This document shows, piece by piece, positions 1 to 12,800 of a DNA stretch of 64,000 nucleotides. Position 1 is the stretch's first letter. Every line of letters begins with the position of its first letter. The notes under the pieces were generated by a model. That model worked only from the letters and a program-made list of their open reading frames with translations, searched no databases and was not told the DNA's origin. Made by a program: the position numbers and the translations under genes. Source of the DNA: Lama guanicoe (Eukaryota); the NCBI GenBank assembly GCA_013239625.1, contig MU053431.1, positions 1,452,485 to 1,516,484 on the forward strand, read 5' to 3'.

Positions 1-848
1 GCCGCTTGGGGTGCCCCGTGAGAGCTGGCCCAGTGGAGCCGCGTGCTGGTGGCTGGCAGCCTGGCACATCCTGCCCAGTGAATGTTGGTTTTCTTTCCCA
101 TTTCGTCTCCAGCTGCCTTGTCTTCCTCTCCCACCTGCCCCCAAAACAGATGGCTGCCCCAGTGTGAACCCCGGGGGGACTTGGGCTGCCATCGAGTGAC
201 CCTGAAGACCAGTGTCAGAGCCGGGCCCTCTGCTGCAGCTGCAGGCGCCACCTGAGGGGATGCAGCCGGTGCCAGGCTGGGCCACGCAGGGGAGCTGTGG
301 CGTCTCTGGTGCCTGCAGCCTCCGTCCTCAGTGTGCGTGGGCCCGGCCGCATCCCCCAGGCATCCTCGCTGCCTCCCTCCTACGTGGGCCCCCGATCCCG
401 GTGGCTGTGAGCAGGGCCTCCTGGTGCCGGGGCTTCCCTGGTGTCGTGGAAAGAGCCCTAAGAAGGAGCACACCTCAGGGAAAACCGGCGTGTGTCTCAA
501 AGGGGCTTGAGAGCCAGTGTCCTGGGTCGTCTTGATGTGATTCCCTCTTGGTGTCCTCGTGGCCCTGCCTCTGTCCGTGGTCCTGCTGCTGCCGCGGGGT
601 CACCGGAGGAAAGGCGTCTGTGTGGTCGGATCGTTTCCCAGAAGGCCCTCCAGAACATCAGTGCAGAAACCCTCTTTGAGGCTGCAGCAGCAGTCTGTCT
701 CTTCTCTTCCCGGGCACGCCAGCGCAGAGAAGCGCTAACGCTTAGATATAAAAATTAAAGGAAAAGATGGTCATTGAGCAAAACCAGTCATCACAAGTGA
801 ACCTCACGCTGGATGAGTAAACGTGTTACTCTGGTTACTCCTCCACAG

Positions 849-3800
849 GACGGCGCTGCCTGCCCCGATGTTCACCAGAAGTGATTTCAGCGTGTGGAGT
901 ATACTGAAGAAATGCATTGGCTTGGTAAGTTCGGAGGGACTCGCTTTGAAGTGTGAAACTTAAACTTGTTTCTTAAGGCTGAATTATTCCTGTGCAGGAG
1001 GAGACCCGTCCTTGAAGGTTAGCTTGTTGACACAAGGAGCATCACAAGGGTTCCCACTGAGCGCGTGTCCTGTGGTGTGGCTGTGGTCAGCCAGGGGGTT
1101 TTGGTGGGCTCCTGGCCGCACACGGAGGTGAGCCGCTGGGCAGGCCCTTAGGACCGAGGCTGCGTGTGCCCCACCCGCCCACCCTGGGCTGCAGGCGGGG
1201 TGCAGACGCCCAGACTTTGTAACAGGGAACATAGTTGGGTCCTTAGTGTCCGGAAGCCGCACACCTTTCCTTTCACGGTCTTTGCTGACTGTCTGAGAGG
1301 GTCTTTTCAGCAGTGACGTCGTTACGCTGCATCCCTGAGGAACTGCCCACAGCTGGACTCAGAGTCGAGCTGGATACATGCTTGGGGCTGGAGGGCCTCC
1401 TCTTGCCGGCCACACTGCAGCCCGTGAGGTGCCCAGTTCTGTGGACCACCTCCCGAGAGGTGGCCCAGCTCTCTTCCCACCACTCATCAACCCCCGGAAA
1501 CAGCCGTAGACTGGAGGAAACGGGCGATTGCCAAGGCACAGAGAAGTAGCCGGGCGGTATAACGACCCCCGCCCCGCATCACCAGCCCCCACCGCTGTCC
1601 GTCTGGGCTGAGCACGCCTGTGCCTCCGCCACTGCCTGCCCTGGTGTTTGAAGGCAAATTCCAGACACAATACTTCCCACCTGTCGCTGAAGGATAGGGT
1701 TAAAAGCAACCATGCTGCTATTACCCGCCTCCAAAGAGTAGCAGGATTCTCTGGTATCGGCAGACATCCACTCCGCGCGGGGTTCCAGTTGTCTCAGCGA
1801 GAATCTCGTGTGTGCTGTGGTCTGTGTGTGGACCCGCTTGGGTCCTTCCGCCACGAGACCCTCCTGCCGCCCTTCCTCTGAATTTAAGAGCCGTGGATGC
1901 TCAGCCTAGACCCCTTAACCGACTGTAGGCTGCAGCCGGGGCCACACGAACCCCGTCCGTCTCCGTGCAGTGCCTGGAACACTGCAACGACGAGAAGGTT
2001 CCCTTCCTCTGCCGTGACCGTGGCTTGCGTAAGAAGGCTGGGATCCTTGAGCGAGCCCTCCTCTTTGTCAAAGCGTCTGGATGACGTGTTCGGTCTCCCG
2101 GCATCGCCCAGCATGGCTGGTGAACCCAGCCAACTCGTGGACTGAAACCTCTGGGATGCGCTCCAGTCCACAAGTGGTTCCGTCTCTGGCCATGGGAGCC
2201 TCCTCAGTCCGCCCGTGGTCCTTCACAGAAGACGCCCGTGGCTCGTCTGGTGCCTTTCTTGTCCAGGCAGAGAGCTCAGGACCCCGGCTGGGCCCAGGGG
2301 GCTGCTGGGTCGGTCTTGTTTCTAGGTCTTTTCAGGGCACTGAGTTAGGAACTGTTTTAATTTGTTTCAACGATGCTTCAAGTCTGGGACTCCAGGACTT
2401 ACCTCGCCTCCTCCCTCTTCTTCCTCACCGACAATCCCAGTTTCTAACAACACTGGCGCTGGTGGGTTCAGAACCGCGCAAAGCTAAGGCTCAGTGCTGT
2501 GTCCCCGATGTGAGGGTCCTGGGAGCCGGGGCAGCGCCAGCGGCCGTGTGCCAGGACGCAGAGCACGGCTGTGGCTTTTGCCGCCCTTGCCCTTGGGGTG
2601 GCACCGGGCCCTGCCCTTGGCCCTCCAGAGCGGCTCTTCTCTGGGCAGTCGGGCCCCAGGCGGGCGGTGCGGGTTTCTTTGTCTCATCTTATTTGTGGTG
2701 TCTGGAGGTGGCTTCTCTAAATTTAATTTTGTTTTAAACGTGTAAGTCCAAAGTCAAGTCTCTCAAATGAGGAGTATTCCAGGAATTTACTTCCTGCCCC
2801 CTGCCCTCCCCGCAGCCTCCCTTCCCTCCTAATGGAGAGGTGGCTGCTAAGTGTCTGGTCGCTCTCTCTGCGGCTGAGAAAGTTGGCGGAGCGGTCCCCT
2901 TGGTTCTGTAGATGGACGAGGGGCTTCTCTCTGCCCGTTTCCCAGCCATGCTCCTCGGGTCACCGCGCTGTGCCAGCCCTGCTGGGCTGCTGGGCTGCGT
3001 CGGGGCCCTGTGGTGGGACGACTGGGTCCTTTATGGCCTTCTGATGTGTGTTTGCTGGAGGAACGGCGGGGTAGGCTCCTGCACGTGGGACGGCTGGACC
3101 AGGGGATGAGGGGTGTGCAGGCTTGCTGGTGTGGCCAGAGTCCCCCGCCCTGCCCTGTAGGCTGCATTATTTTGCATTCCCAGCAGCAGGTGTGGGGTCC
3201 TGGTTCCGCACAGCCTTGCCGACGGGCAGGGTCGAGGGTTTAGCGATTTGACACTTGAGGGAGTGTGAATGGAGACTCCACATTCATTTATTTCCTTTTC
3301 TCCTGATGTGAGCAGGGCCAGCATGTGCCCTGGCTTCACGGCTGCCGCGTTACTTTTCCCCCCTTCCTTTTCCCTCCCTTCTGACCAGCTCTCCCCCGGC
3401 CCCTGCCCTGCCCCTGCCCTGCCCTTCCTTGAGAAGCTGTCCTCTTCCTGGAGGGACCTCTGTTTCTCAAAGTCCCTGAGTGATGCCTTCCCGGACACTG
3501 GCTCCCATGGTGCCCCGCACCCTCCCTGCTTCCCCTCTCACTGTGGCCACGTGAAGGCCAGGGCTGCCCGCTTCCTGTGCCCTCAAGGTGCCTGAGAGCA
3601 GGGCTCCCTTGGGGGTCTCCCCTGCTGGGCTGGGGGTGTCCAGGTCACCCGGGGGTGATGGTTTCCAATGATGCTTTAGGACCATAGAACTGGAGGTTGT
3701 GTGGAGAGCACATTGGGGTGGGGCGGTCTGTCCTGGAGCTCCTGTGGTCCCATGCCACGCGTGGGCATGGGCCATGCCGGAGGAGATGTGGAGGGTACTG

Positions 3801-6800
3801 GGCACCAGCGTGTGGGAGGCAGCTGTCCCTCCCAGCATCCTTAAGATCTTGTCCAGGGCAGGTGGCTGTGGCCCCCGAAGTGATGCTCAGGGAGAGGCGG
3901 GTGTGGGGCCTGGTGTCTGGGGAGAGCCTGCCGATCACCAGTCCCCCACTCTTTCCAGGAGCTGTCCAAGATCACAATGCCGATCGCCTTCAACGAGCCC
4001 CTGAGTTTCCTGCAGCGGATCACGGAGTACATGGAGCACGTGTACCTCATTCACAAAGCCTCCTGCCAGGCCCAGCCCCTGGAAAGGATGCAGGTGGGCG
4101 GTGGGCTCCTTGCGGGGGCACCAGGGACCGTGCCCGGTTGGGTGCAGACCGTAGCCTTGAGTGGACATGGCACCTGCCATTCAAGTGGTCTCACTGGGCC
4201 AGGGACCCGGGCACACGGCAGTGGGACGCTGGGAGGAGGGCCGGCATAGCTCCCACGATGCGCCGAGCTGTCCTGCCCAGCGGCTGGGCCTGTGTACAGG
4301 CACGTTCTCCAGGGTGTGGCATCGGGTGTCGCAGCCACCTGTGGGCTGGGCCCAGGGAGCTGCAGGGGTGGCAGGGCTGGCACTCGGCCCCTCTGGGTCC
4401 TTTCAGCACCCCCGCCCCGTGTGCGCGCGTGCGTGCGTGCGTGTCTGTAGGTGTGTGCATGTGTGACAGGCAGGGCCTGCGAGGAAGGGAGGCCCGGGCT
4501 GGAGGGGTGAGAGGCAATGGCTTGCTGTCTGTGGCTTTGAGGAAGTGGTGGGTGATAAACACCGTTTCCTCGGAAGTGCTGTGGTTTCAAATGTGTCACA
4601 AGTGGAAGGCTGAGAAGTCCCCGGGAGGAGGTGCCGGGGCGCCTTCGCAGCCCGGCCGCGTCCCGACAGCTGCCCCTCACCGCCCTGTGCTTGTTTCCAG
4701 TCTGTGGCTGCCTTCGCCGTGTCGGCTGTGGCTTCCCAGTGGGAGAGGACCGGCAAGCCGTTCAATCCACTCTTGGGAGAGACGTACGAGTTGGTCAGGT
4801 AAGGGCACCGGGCGCTTCTGGAGGGTCTGGCGTGTGGGACCCTCCGTGACAGACTAGCATTGATGTCTCCGCGCTGAGAACAGGCCCTTCGAACTGAGGG
4901 GCTGGGGACACTGGGGGCGGGAGGTGCTTCACACACGAGGGGGTCGTGTTAATGACATAACAGGACCCGGGAAAGAAACACGTAGGAGCAGAAGGACGCG
5001 TTCGATGCAGGAACGGGGGAGCGGAGCGGAGCGTGGGGCGGCTGCGTCTCCACGCCCGAGCGCTTCCACGCGCTGCAACTCACAGCATCTTTTCTTTCTT
5101 TCAGAAAGCAAAGAATGGGTATTGTGTGACTGACGCATCTGGGATTCAGAGAAATGTAGTTTCTCTGAAACTTCTGGCTGCGGTTTTGGGTTCTTTATTG
5201 CATGTGTATTATTAAGGGTTTTCCATTGGTAGTGATTGTGGGATTTGGGGATGCTGGTCTGGTTAAAACGGGCACTCTTCAGGTGTGCAAAGAGTCTAAA
5301 ACTGGCATCTTCAGTAACGAGGGTGGCCCGCACACCTGTGTACACGTCGCTTACCAAGTTGGGAAAACGACTCAAATGTCATCGATGCAAGTTCTCCTCT
5401 GTTCTGGCCGGCTCGGCTGCTGGCCCCTCCTCCACAGACCCAGGGCGGGCCGAGCTGGGAGGAAGCGCGGCGGGTGCTGCGTGGGGCTCCTCGATAGGTG
5501 ACGGAGGGACTCAGCAGGGACCTGGGGTCCCGGCACGTCACGGCAGGAGGGACAGTCCTGTGTCTTCAGTTTGCAGGCGAGGGGAGACTGGCCTGGAGTG
5601 TCGCTCTCAAGGGGACCTGTTGGTCTTGACCTCATGCAGTGTCCCTCCTGCCCGGCACGCTTGGGCTGAGCGACGGTCTCCTCCCTCCGCTCAGTGTGCT
5701 TCTGTGCCTGTGTCGGAAAGTCTTCTCATCCAGCTGCTGGAAGATTGTTAGCATTTTGGTTTATTAGCAGCATCATTGCAATATGTGAAAAGAGAAATCA
5801 AAGCATAATACGAAAAAAATTCTGGACACCGAAAAGTGAGCAGATGTGTTAAAAAAAAACGTGAACGACTCCAGACGCCGAGTCCAGCGTGACCCCTGAT
5901 TGTTCGTCTCTTTCCGGGCTTGACTCGGGCTGAACGCAGTTCCACAGACTGACAGGAGACAGCCACGTCTCAGACTCCGGCAGGTCCCGCTCCCACCGGC
6001 GTCTCCGCGCCTGGTGCGTGCGAGACGGAGCCATCCCCCTGTCTGGGGAGCGACACGACTAAACCCAGTCGCTCACCAGTGTCTTTTCCTCCTTAGGATT
6101 GCTCTTGGGGAGCTAAAAATAACACTTTCTTTTCTTAGACATCTATTCATTTTGTAAATTACATACTTTGGTAGGCAACCTTTTAAAATCTAATTTCTTC
6201 AACTTTCTTTCCTCTGTAATGATTGGAAAGTCTGATTCCAGTTAAGCTAGTAATTATGTGGTTTAGCTTTTATAATTTTTAATGACTACAACTGTAGGTG
6301 TATTCACAGTTCTGGAACAATTAAAAAATGACATTTTTATTGAAAAAGAGACTGCACTAAAAATCCTATTTCCTGGCCAGAAATATCTTGGGGCATAAGA
6401 CATCTCATCACAAAAAATCCAGGAGCCTTGGAAGAAGGCTGGAGAGGAGCCCCCTCGGGAAGGCTGTGAGGTCCTTCTCTGAGTTTATTGTGCAGTGGGT
6501 GTCCCTCGAAGCTAGGATGACAGTTTGCTCTCAGGCCTCTGAGTCACTGGTTCTAAGAGCTGCTTGTTCACCTGTGTGGGGGCTGAGCAGAGGGCCAGGG
6601 TGGAAGGCCTCTCCGCACCATCATTTTCCTGTGTAGGGCTCATGCTGGCCCTGGAGGCACAGTGTGTGTGCACGCGTGCATGCGTGTGTGTGGTCAGCGT
6701 TAGGCCACCTGTGACGTCGAGGGCAGTGTCAGGTATCTGCCACGTGTGGCAGCCCAGCGTGGCCCCATCATCCCAGGCCCCTCCCAGACTCGGGGGTGGG

Positions 6801-9800
6801 GCTCCTGTGGGTCGAGCTGTGGCTGCACTGGGGGGCAGGGGGTGCTGGGCTGACCTCACTGGGTTTTGCTGGCGCTGATGAGGCTCTGTCACTGTCCCTC
6901 CTGCCCCTCCCCTTCTTTTCCTGTTTTTGTACCCAGGGAAGATTTGGGGTTCAGGTTTATCTCCGAGCAGGTCAGCCACCACCCCCCCGTCAGCGCATTT
7001 TACTCGGAGGGCCTGCACCGGGACTTCCTGTTCCACGGCTCCATCTACCCGAAGCTGAGGTTCTGGGGCAAGAGCGTGGAGGCCGAGCCGCGGGGCACCA
7101 TCACGCTGGAGCTGCTCAGGTAAGCGGGAGGAGATCCACCTCCGCTGAGGACAGGGATGCCCTCTGGCTGAGGGCTCGTGCGTGTTCTTGGGGTGGGCAG
7201 CCTTTCCCGCGGTTGAGACGTCTTCCAAGGAGAGCTCTGGGCTGGAGACTCCGCCGGGGCCAGGCTGATCCTCGGAGAGCTCTCCTTATAAAGTCCGTGC
7301 TGATTGCACCCGCCCATCCTCTCCCCTACCCCGGCGGTCTGGGCGCATGCAGCTCCTAGGGGCGGGGCGGGGTGTCTGTCGGGGTCCCGTGGGGGTGCGG
7401 TCAGGCCGCGGGCCAGACGGAACGTCTGCTTCCCAGCTTGCTTTTTGTCTGCCAGCCGGAGCCCTCAGGTCCTGGCTGCCCGCCTCTTCATAGGGCTGTT
7501 CAGACGCAGCGCTGCCACCCCCAGGGCCAGGACCACTGTGGGGAGTGGCACCAGGACCTGACCTAGTCTCAGGAGTGGCCGTCACCTTAACCGCCCCCCA
7601 CACATCTGTCAGCTCGCAGACCAGCCCTGGACGAGTGTAGGGAGGGGTGACGTGGGGCTCAGACTCCGGGAGGGGGAGCAGCAGGGACCATGTCCGCGCC
7701 GCCTGTGCATCTTCAGTCCCACCTCAGCACTCCCCATCCCATGTCGCTCAGAGCCTCGGCCAAACCCGAGTCTCGAGTCTCGCAGCCGCGTGGTGTGGCA
7801 GGCCCGTCGCAGACTCAGTCCAGGCCAGGTGCGCAGCAGCTCCCCGAGGGGTGGGCCTGTAAGGAAGCTCCTGGTGTGGTTTTGCTTCCTGGGGCCCCCC
7901 TGGCTGAGGAGCCCTATCTCCCCAGTACTGCCCCCCTGCCCCATGCACCTCGGGCAGAAGTCCCTCGGCGGGGAGGGCAGCCCCTTCAGGGAGATGTGCT
8001 TGTCCCGCGTGGTCTTGGCTTTCTCAGGGGAGGCGTGGGGAGCTGGAAAGTTGCAGACCTTCTGGGTTCTGCTGGGAAATTCAAGGAAATCCAAATATTC
8101 GTCACGAAATGCCAGTGTGCTTCGCGGCTTCCGCCCTCGGTTACAGCTCTGACGCAGCCCCGGGCCTGGTGGTCTGCTCCCCTCACGTTTGTGGGGTTTC
8201 TTTTCTCCTGGGGAGGCGTCTGGGGAGGACGCAGGCTGGTGGAGAGGTGTGTGCACGCCCAGCCCCCACTCCCCGCCCCGCACGGCGCCTCGGGCCGCCA
8301 GGGCCAGGTGCCCAGGACCGCGCTGCTCCCGCAGGACGGGGCTGAGGGGCTGTTCTGTTGGCAACTTCACAGGAAGCCTCTTGTCTTCGTCTGCCTTTTA
8401 TTGCTTATTAATGTGTCTCGACATTGAAGTAGAAAGCTTTGTTGATGCTACAAAGGAAAGAAGGACATTTCAAACAAACGTGAAACATTAGCTGCTGTTG
8501 GAGGGAGTTCAAAGCAGTGTTCTGCCCTTCGCCGGGTTTCAAGTCAATTACGGTTTAATTCCGTCTGGTACTTTGCTTTTGAGGTCACACAGTGTCTTTG
8601 CTTTGCTGGCCTCTGACGCACCTGTTCTTGGGCTCGTTTCAGACATAACGAAGCCTACACCTGGACCAACCCCACCTGCTGTGTGCACAACGTGATCATC
8701 GGGAAGCTCTGGATAGAACAGTATGGGACGGTGGAGATCGTGAACCACAGGTAGCGGCCACGGCCCCGGGGCGCCCCGTGGTGCCTGCTGCACCCCAGGC
8801 CGTGTTCTCCTGCTCCTCCGGGCTCCTCGGGGTCCCCCCACCATCGCTCGTGCCCCTCAGCTTCAGGCGGGAGACCTCACGCGGGTGGCGGCTGGAGCTG
8901 ATTCTGATCGGCATCGGCAGGAGCCGCCAGCAGCGCGCCACATGGGTGCTCGCTCTGCTCGCAGTCACAGCCGTTCATCTGCTTTGATGTTGTAACCTGC
9001 ACTGCAGATCCGTGTGATCGCCAGTGAGAAGGCTTGCCCACTGTCCAGCCTGCCTTGCCTTGTACTCCTGGAAGCTCCTGGCTGGCTGGCTTTGTTTTTT
9101 AACAGCTTCGTTGAGATATAATTTATGTATCATACAATCCACCCACTTAAAGTGGACATTCAGATGATTCTTAGGAAACGTTCTGAATTGTGTAGCCGTC
9201 ACCACAAGGCTGTGCTAGGACATTGCCATCACCCGGGAAGGTCCCCGTGCCTGTCTGCGGTCACTCACCGCGCTGCCCCTGTGCCGGGCAGCACCCGCCT
9301 GCGCACGCTCTCTCTCTGTCTTTACCTTTTCTGGACGTGTGGTGGCCACAATAGAAGCCTGTGTTTGTTTTTCCCACAGAACTGGAGACAAGTGTGTGCT
9401 TCACTTTAAACCATGTGGACTGTTTGGAAAGGAACTTCACAAAGTGGAAGGCTACATTCAAGACAAAAAGTAGGTCCGCACGTGGGTTGGATCACGGGGT
9501 GCAGTGCCGCGTGCGTTCTCCACGAAAGATGGCATTGTGAGGGGGACGTCTGTCCGTGGTAGAAAAGTTACGACTCTTGTTCAGGAAACAGCATTTCTTC
9601 GCTGAGCACAAAGGAGACAGGGCTAAGCTAGGTGTGATTTCTCGGTGCGTGATGGAGCGGCTCCCCGCTCTTGAGGGTGAGAGATCTGGGCCTGTTTGGC
9701 TGTGATGAACTGGACGTGAGAGGTCAGACGTCTCCCTGTTGCCGGCGCCACGGCCGCACAGGCAGAGCGAGGTTTTAGAGTCCGACCCTGCGTGTCCTCC

Positions 9801-12800
9801 TCCTGCTGGCCTCGCTTGTCTGCTGTCAGGCGAGACGCGAAGCCCCGCTGACGAGCACTGTGCTCGTGTGGCTGCCTGTCCATCTGTGAGCCGGAGTCTT
9901 CCAGCGGTTTGGGGAGCAGAGGAATGGCCAGTACTATTTTAACAAATTTTCTGGGTTTCCCCCAGTTAGTTACCTCATGTGTTAGGTCTCAAATTTCTCT
10001 CTTTTTTCAGTAAGTAGTTTGGGCCATATAATGGCTGTCAGACTCCTCCCAGCCCCTAACGTCTGTACATTCTCCAGCAGAAACAAGTCTCCAGGCCAAA
10101 GCGGTGGGCGCTCTTGCTCCACCTACCCTGGTGCCAGGCATTCATTTGTTCAGATGGCCTTAACATGCCTCTAGACTCAAGGTCAGACCACTGTACCCAT
10201 TGAAATGCGTCAGGGCTCAGTGTGCGGACCTCACGGGACAGTGGTCCTGTTGGGACCAGCGTGGACAGCTCTGTGAGTGGCCTCCCCCTGCGGAATCCGC
10301 CCAGGGAGAGGCTGGTCAGCGCGTCCGCGGACACGACATCAGGGCCACGCCCCCCCAGCCCTCAGCGAGCCGTGCAGACCCAGATCTGAGTTTCTGGTTT
10401 TCCACCCCAAATTGGACTGAGCTCCTTCCTAAAGTCCTCCAAGCTGGCTGCTGCAGGAAGCTGGCCACGACTCCCCACCTGCCAGCTCTCCGGGCCGAGC
10501 CTCCGGGACACAGGTGCCCTCCTGGTATGTCCTGTAGCTAGTGGAGCAGAATTTCCAGGGATGGAGTGGCCACTGTGTTCTCTCCCCTCCAGGCAGAGGC
10601 AAAAAAGAAAAACAAGGGCCCAACACGGTTGGCATTGTTCCTTTGGAACCAGGCCGAGAGCTCCTGGTGGCTGATCTAGAAAGATCTCTGGAGGTTATTG
10701 CTAAATGAAAAGTGCAGGCGGGTGCCGACAGGGGCGTCCGCCTGTGGTCATGAAGATAAGACAGTGTCAGCTGAGCAGAAGGGCTGTGCGTGGCATTTAT
10801 AGAAAAGGGCTGCAGGACGCGCGGCATGTGGAACTGTGGCGTGTCTTTGAGGCAGTAATCAGGCGCGTCAGCTGTTTCACACCTGCCCCCGCCCTGTGCC
10901 CGCAGCCTGTCTTCCTCCCTTCTGGATTTTGTACCTTCATTTCTGCATTTCTGCTTTGGTGTGAGCACGAATAGTCAGTTTCAAACGGCATGAAAAGAGA
11001 TGCTAGAATGCAGCGTTCCACCTTTGCTTTTGTGTCCAGTGATCTCCCTGAAGTTCATAAGAAGACGTGCCAGAACAGGGACTTAGTCCATGGTCAAAAT
11101 TAAGGTGCTGCTTGCTTAGATGAAGAGTTTATAACTGCTGTGAACTTGGTTTTAAAACTCCCCCTTTGACCACAGCAGGAAGAAGCTCTTTATGATCTAT
11201 GGCAAGTGGACGGAGTGTTTGTGGGGCGTGGACCCTGGTGCCTACGAGTCCTTCAGGAAGCAGGAGAGGAGAGGCGACTCCCTGAGAAAGGTGAGGCCGG
11301 TAAGGGGCTGCCGGTGTGGGCGTCCCCGGCGGAGCGGGGGGGCCCATCCGATGGCCCGGGCCGGCCCTGCTGGAGGCCAGCTCTGGGGAGTGGCCGTGCC
11401 TGCCCCTCACTGGGGGTGCAGGGCCTTTGCAGCCTGGCTGGGAAGGAGCGATGCGCAGAGCCCCGTCTAAGAGTGAGGTGCCCGTCTGCCTGAGTCTCGG
11501 CAGGCGGGGAGTTTGCCTGCATCCTGGCCGTGTGAGGCTGCCCTTGGAACCCCGGCCCGGCTTCCCTGGGGCTCATCCTTCTGAGCATCTATCCCTCTGG
11601 GCCGTTTTTTCCTGGGTACTTACTGATAAATCTCCTGTCTCCCCGCACCCTGTTAGCTTTGACCTATTAAATGTCACGTGAATGTCATCTCTGCGTTTTC
11701 ACTTCTGAAGACCAGGTCACATATCCAGCAGTCGGAAGATTTTGGCGAGCATATTTTGAAATACTGATTACCTTAAGACTAGTTCTTCTTGAGCCTAAAA
11801 TTGGGAGTCAGTTCAAAAGAGGTGTCATTTTTTTCTAGATAATAAATTAGAATGTACCAAACCCCAGGTGTTCAATATTTATCTAACAAAATATTCAACC
11901 TCTGCTAGGACTTTCAGTGTGTTTTAATATCGTGTTATTTCGTGTGTGCCGTTAGACGTCTTTTAAAATAATGCTCTTTTAAGTTAAAACAAAGTTCCAT
12001 TTAAAACTCTACAGTAGAACGTTGAATCTGCTTAGTGATGTCTCCTAAGCATTGGCTTAGCTTTCTTGCTCCTTTGGGCAACCTCAGGATGAGATGGAGG
12101 TTCTGTGGACACCTCTCGTTGAGCTGTGTCTTTCCTCAGCTTCTGGCATCAAACCACACCCCCACGGGCAGCGGTGCCAGGCCCTGCACCGGGTTGGGGG
12201 GGCGTCCCTGGCCGAGTCTGCCACCGTCTCAGTGTGCTCTCCTAACGGCTGCTTGAATGACCTCGCTCTTCCTTCTCCAGGTCCCACTGATTTTGACAAA
12301 TGAGTNNNNNNNNNNNNNNNNNNNNNNNNNNNNNNNNNNNNNNNNNNNNNNNNNNNNNNNNNNNNNNNNNNNNNNNNNNNNNNNNNNNNNNNNNNNNNNN
12401 NNNNNNNNNNNNNNNNNNNNNNNNNNNNNNNNNNNNNNNNNNNNNNNNNNNNNNNNNNNNNCCCCCAGTTGCATCTTTTCATTAAGATGCGCTCTCCAGT
12501 TGGGGTTCGGGCTAGAAAGGCTAAGATACCGTGAAATCAGCCAGTATGGCTCCCTTCTCGGCTGAGAGCAGAACCACGGCCTGTGGGGAGGCCCTCGGCC
12601 CAGACGTGACCGCTCAGGAGATTTACCCTGAGCTGTCTGAGACGGTGTCCCCCCACCCAGTGGTGGTCAGACTCCGGAGACCATGCCCCCAAGGAGAGGG
12701 CGAGCAGTCCTCTGTGCTCACCCTGCGCGGGGCTGGGAGCTGGTGCTGGGGAGCCCGGGAGAGCTGCGCTCTGGTCACCACACTGGGTGCTCTGTCTCTC

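Noticed and set aside
12260-12461. Acceptor-like CTTCCTTCTCCAG just before the N gap, suggesting a hidden OSBPL2 exon
   Set aside because: The flanking exons already give a complete in-frame ORP2 of the expected length, and the gap prevents evaluation.
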